From a virus (taxonomy: Duplodnaviria; Heunggongvirae; Uroviricota; Caudoviricetes): DNA of 15,733 nucleotides. The stretch lies in the IMG/VR virus record IMGVR_UViG_3300046674_000485, positions 1 to 15,733 of that record; one strand, written 5' to 3'. Under the pieces are notes generated by a model. It was not told where the DNA came from, ran no database searches, and saw nothing but the letters and a program-made list of their open reading frames with translations. Each line of letters starts with the position of its first letter. Position 1 is the first letter of the stretch. Below, piece after piece: positions 14,102 to 15,733 of this stretch. Both the position numbers and the translations under genes were made by a program.

Positions 14102-14302
14102 ATGAACAAGCCCACCGTCTCGATGATCGCCGCAGTTCGCGCGGTCGCCCCGCAAGAGCGCCTCGCCGCTGCCAAGCTGGCCGAGGTCACCTTCTTCGCC
14201 GCCATCGCGCGCTTCACGATGTTCGGCGACTTCGACGCCGCCACCAACCGCGAGATGGCCGGCGACATGGCCGCCGCCGAGGTCTCCTTCCACTTCGCCT
14301 GA
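14102..14302 (+). CDS. Small hypothetical protein (66 aa)
   Basis: AGGAG SD, ATG 14102, after promoter 4. Confidence 0.72.
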   Translation: MNKPTVSMIAAVRAVAPQERLAAAKLAEVTFFAAIARFTMFGDFDAATNREMAGDMAAAEVSFHFA

Positions 14303-14318
14303 GCCCAGGATCCACCCC

Positions 14319-15269
14319 ATGACCATCGAGCGCATTCAGAAGTACGAAGCCCGGGCCCGCGAGCTGTTCGCCGCCGGCTTCACCACGAAGTCCAGCCAGA
14401 AGGACGCCCGCGAAGCCGCGAGCCGCGCCTACAGCGACGTGCGCCGGGCGATCTTGGACGCCTGCCTCGCCGAGGACCGCGGCGCGAAGTCCGATGCGGT
14501 CTACTGGGGCATGCCCGACTACCCGCACCTGTGGAAGGCAAAGCACGCCCAGCTCGTGCGCGACAACATGCCCGCGGCTGCCGGCTGGATCGAGCACGCC
14601 GACCGCCTCGCCATCCTGACGGCTGAGATCAAGGCCGCGCCCGTCGTGCCGAAGCCGCCGAAGAAGCTCAACGATGGCGGCCTGCCAATCACCCTGTCGG
14701 ACGCCTTCAACCCCGAGCTCAAGGCTCAGTTCCTGGCCCAGGCGCCAGAGATCAAGGCGAGCTACATCGCCGACGTGCGCCGCGCCGGAGCTCGCATGGT
14801 CGAAACCTTCGGCCCGCGGGTGCCCGCCAGCATCAGCGACGAGCAGATCAAGGCGCTCAAGCTGTCGAAGTTCTTCGTTGCCGACCACGACCTCTTCCGC
14901 CATCACTGCAACGTCGTGCAGCCGCTCATCTCTGGCGCCCGCTGGCTCGAGCTGGACGAGGCGCGCCTCGAGGAGCAGGCCGAGCGCTACTCGATCCTCG
15001 TCGCCCTGCAATGGTTCTACAAGGTCAACGGCAAGCTGGGCCAGCTGGCCGAGGCGACCCTGCACCGCGACCAGGGCGGCTACGTCCTCGTGAGCGGCGT
15101 GAAGGCCGACGGCTCGAAGGTCAACATGCGTCAGCAGCGCGTCATGAAGTGGGCACCCGTGGCCGGCGGGTACTTCAACCAGTTCCCTAGCCACCTCTAT
15201 GTGGACGGGAAGTTCCACACCGCCCTCGAGTACGTCGACCGCTTCGCCGACGCCACCGCCGAAGAATGA
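14319..15269 (+). CDS. Hypothetical early protein (316 aa), apparently two domains
   Basis: Long ORF with high GC3; helical N-terminal half ending AEIKAAPVVPKPPKK, then a beta-rich C-terminal half (...YFNQFPSHLYVDGK). Confidence 0.85.
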   Translation: MTIERIQKYEARARELFAAGFTTKSSQKDAREAASRAYSDVRRAILDACLAEDRGAKSDAVYWGMPDYPHLWKAKHAQLVRDNMPAAAGWIEHADRLAILTAEIKAAPVVPKPPKKLNDGGLPITLSDAFNPELKAQFLAQAPEIKASYIADVRRAGARMVETFGPRVPASISDEQIKALKLSKFFVADHDLFRHHCNVVQPLISGARWLELDEARLEEQAERYSILVALQWFYKVNGKLGQLAEATLHRDQGGYVLVSGVKADGSKVNMRQQRVMKWAPVAGGYFNQFPSHLYVDGKFHTALEYVDRFADATAEE

Positions 15270-15311
15270 TCAACCCCGCCCGGCCGCCGCGCCGGGCACC
15301 CTGGAGAAACC

Positions 15312-15542
15312 ATGTCCCTGTCCAAGACCGAAGAGCGGGTGATCCGCGAGATCATCGCCCGCCTGGAATGCCAGCCCAAGAGCGTCAATGGCGAGCCCTT
15401 CCCGCGCGAATCCGACGAGGTGCGCGCCGCCCTGACCGGCAGCCACGCAAAGATCTATCTCGACACCTGGGTGATCGCCCCCATGAAGCTGCTGCTGCCC
15501 GAGAGCCGCAACCCCAGCCTCGCCGAGCGCCTCGCGCGCTGA
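15312..15542 (+). CDS. Hypothetical protein (76 aa)
   Basis: GGAG SD preceded by a 7-bp GC hairpin (GCCCGGC/GCCGGGC). Confidence 0.75.
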   Translation: MSLSKTEERVIREIIARLECQPKSVNGEPFPRESDEVRAALTGSHAKIYLDTWVIAPMKLLLPESRNPSLAERLAR

Positions 15543-15545
15543 CTC

Positions 15546-15591
15546 GAGTGACACCGCCATGCGCAGCTGGTCTGCGCATGCCAGTGCATTC
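15546..15591 (+). repeat. Conserved intergenic stem-loop element, copy C
   Basis: GAGTGaCACCGC-[CATGCGCAG ctggt CTGCGCATG]-CCAGTGCATTC. Confidence 0.7.
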
Positions 15592-15610
15592 AACCACCCC
15601 AGGAGCTCAC

Positions 15611-15733
15611 ATGCCCAACCAAGCCACAGCAAAGGCGCGCATCGAGCCGCGCAGCGCCATCACCCGCCGCCAGAAGCGCTACGTCGTGCAGATCCGCGAC
15701 GTGGTGATCCAGTCCGGCTGGATGGATGTCTTC
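15611..15733 (+). CDS. 5' part of a hypothetical protein (truncated by window edge)
   Basis: CCCCAGGAG SD; MPNQATAKARIEPRSAITRRQKRYVVQIRDVVIQSGWMDVF is open to the end. Confidence 0.7.
   Translation, partial: MPNQATAKARIEPRSAITRRQKRYVVQIRDVVIQSGWMDVF

Larger units (their letters stand above)
1..15733. mobile_element. Tailed bacteriophage genome segment (late lysis/packaging operon on minus strand, early accessory region on plus strand)
   Basis: Portal, TerL, TerS, holin, endolysin and spanins on one strand; dense small ORFs with repeated promoters on the other. No host housekeeping genes or attachment site are visible, so prophage versus free phage cannot be decided. Confidence 0.97.

Noticed and set aside
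9388-15218. Minus-strand ORFs opposite the early genes (e.g. 9388-10113, 11570-12670, 14214-15218)
   Set aside because: Shadow ORFs; the plus-strand genes have promoters and strong SD sequences.
10630-15591. Repeated stem-loops as a CRISPR array or integron attC sites
   Set aside because: They are separated by whole genes rather than 30-40 nt spacers, lack RYYYAAC/GTTRRRY ends, and no cas or integrase gene is in the window.

Overview
The whole window looks like part of a tailed dsDNA phage genome with high GC; a betaproteobacterial host is a guess from GC and RBS style. It holds two divergent transcription units that meet at a control region at about 9074-9426. Minus strand (late operon, read from 9073 down to 1): two small ORFs in hairpin-rich non-coding spacers, then a lysis cassette (holin, SAR-type GH24 endolysin, i-spanin with an embedded o-spanin lipoprotein, and three tiny interleaved ORFs). 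It continues with four unknown ORFs, terminase small and large subunits, two unknown ORFs and the 5' part of a portal gene that the ORF track missed because it runs off the window. Plus strand (early region, 9427 to the end): a PP-loop protein of the PAPS-reductase/DndC type, then about 14 small accessory genes. These are driven by four near-identical sigma70-like promoters, each overlapped by a TTGRTT-N9-AATCAA dyad. The most notable signals are: (i) a three-copy intergenic stem with a fixed mismatch pattern and an apical helix that changes sequence but stays paired; (ii) a structured late leader ending in a terminator; (iii) early proteins with apparent host-mimic motifs (an SSB-like acidic DEIPF tail and an Rmf-like motif); (iv) a stand-alone DndC-like enzyme; (v) a duplicated Cys/His motif shared by two adjacent late genes. 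All calls come from reading the sequence by eye; no searches or folding programs were run.
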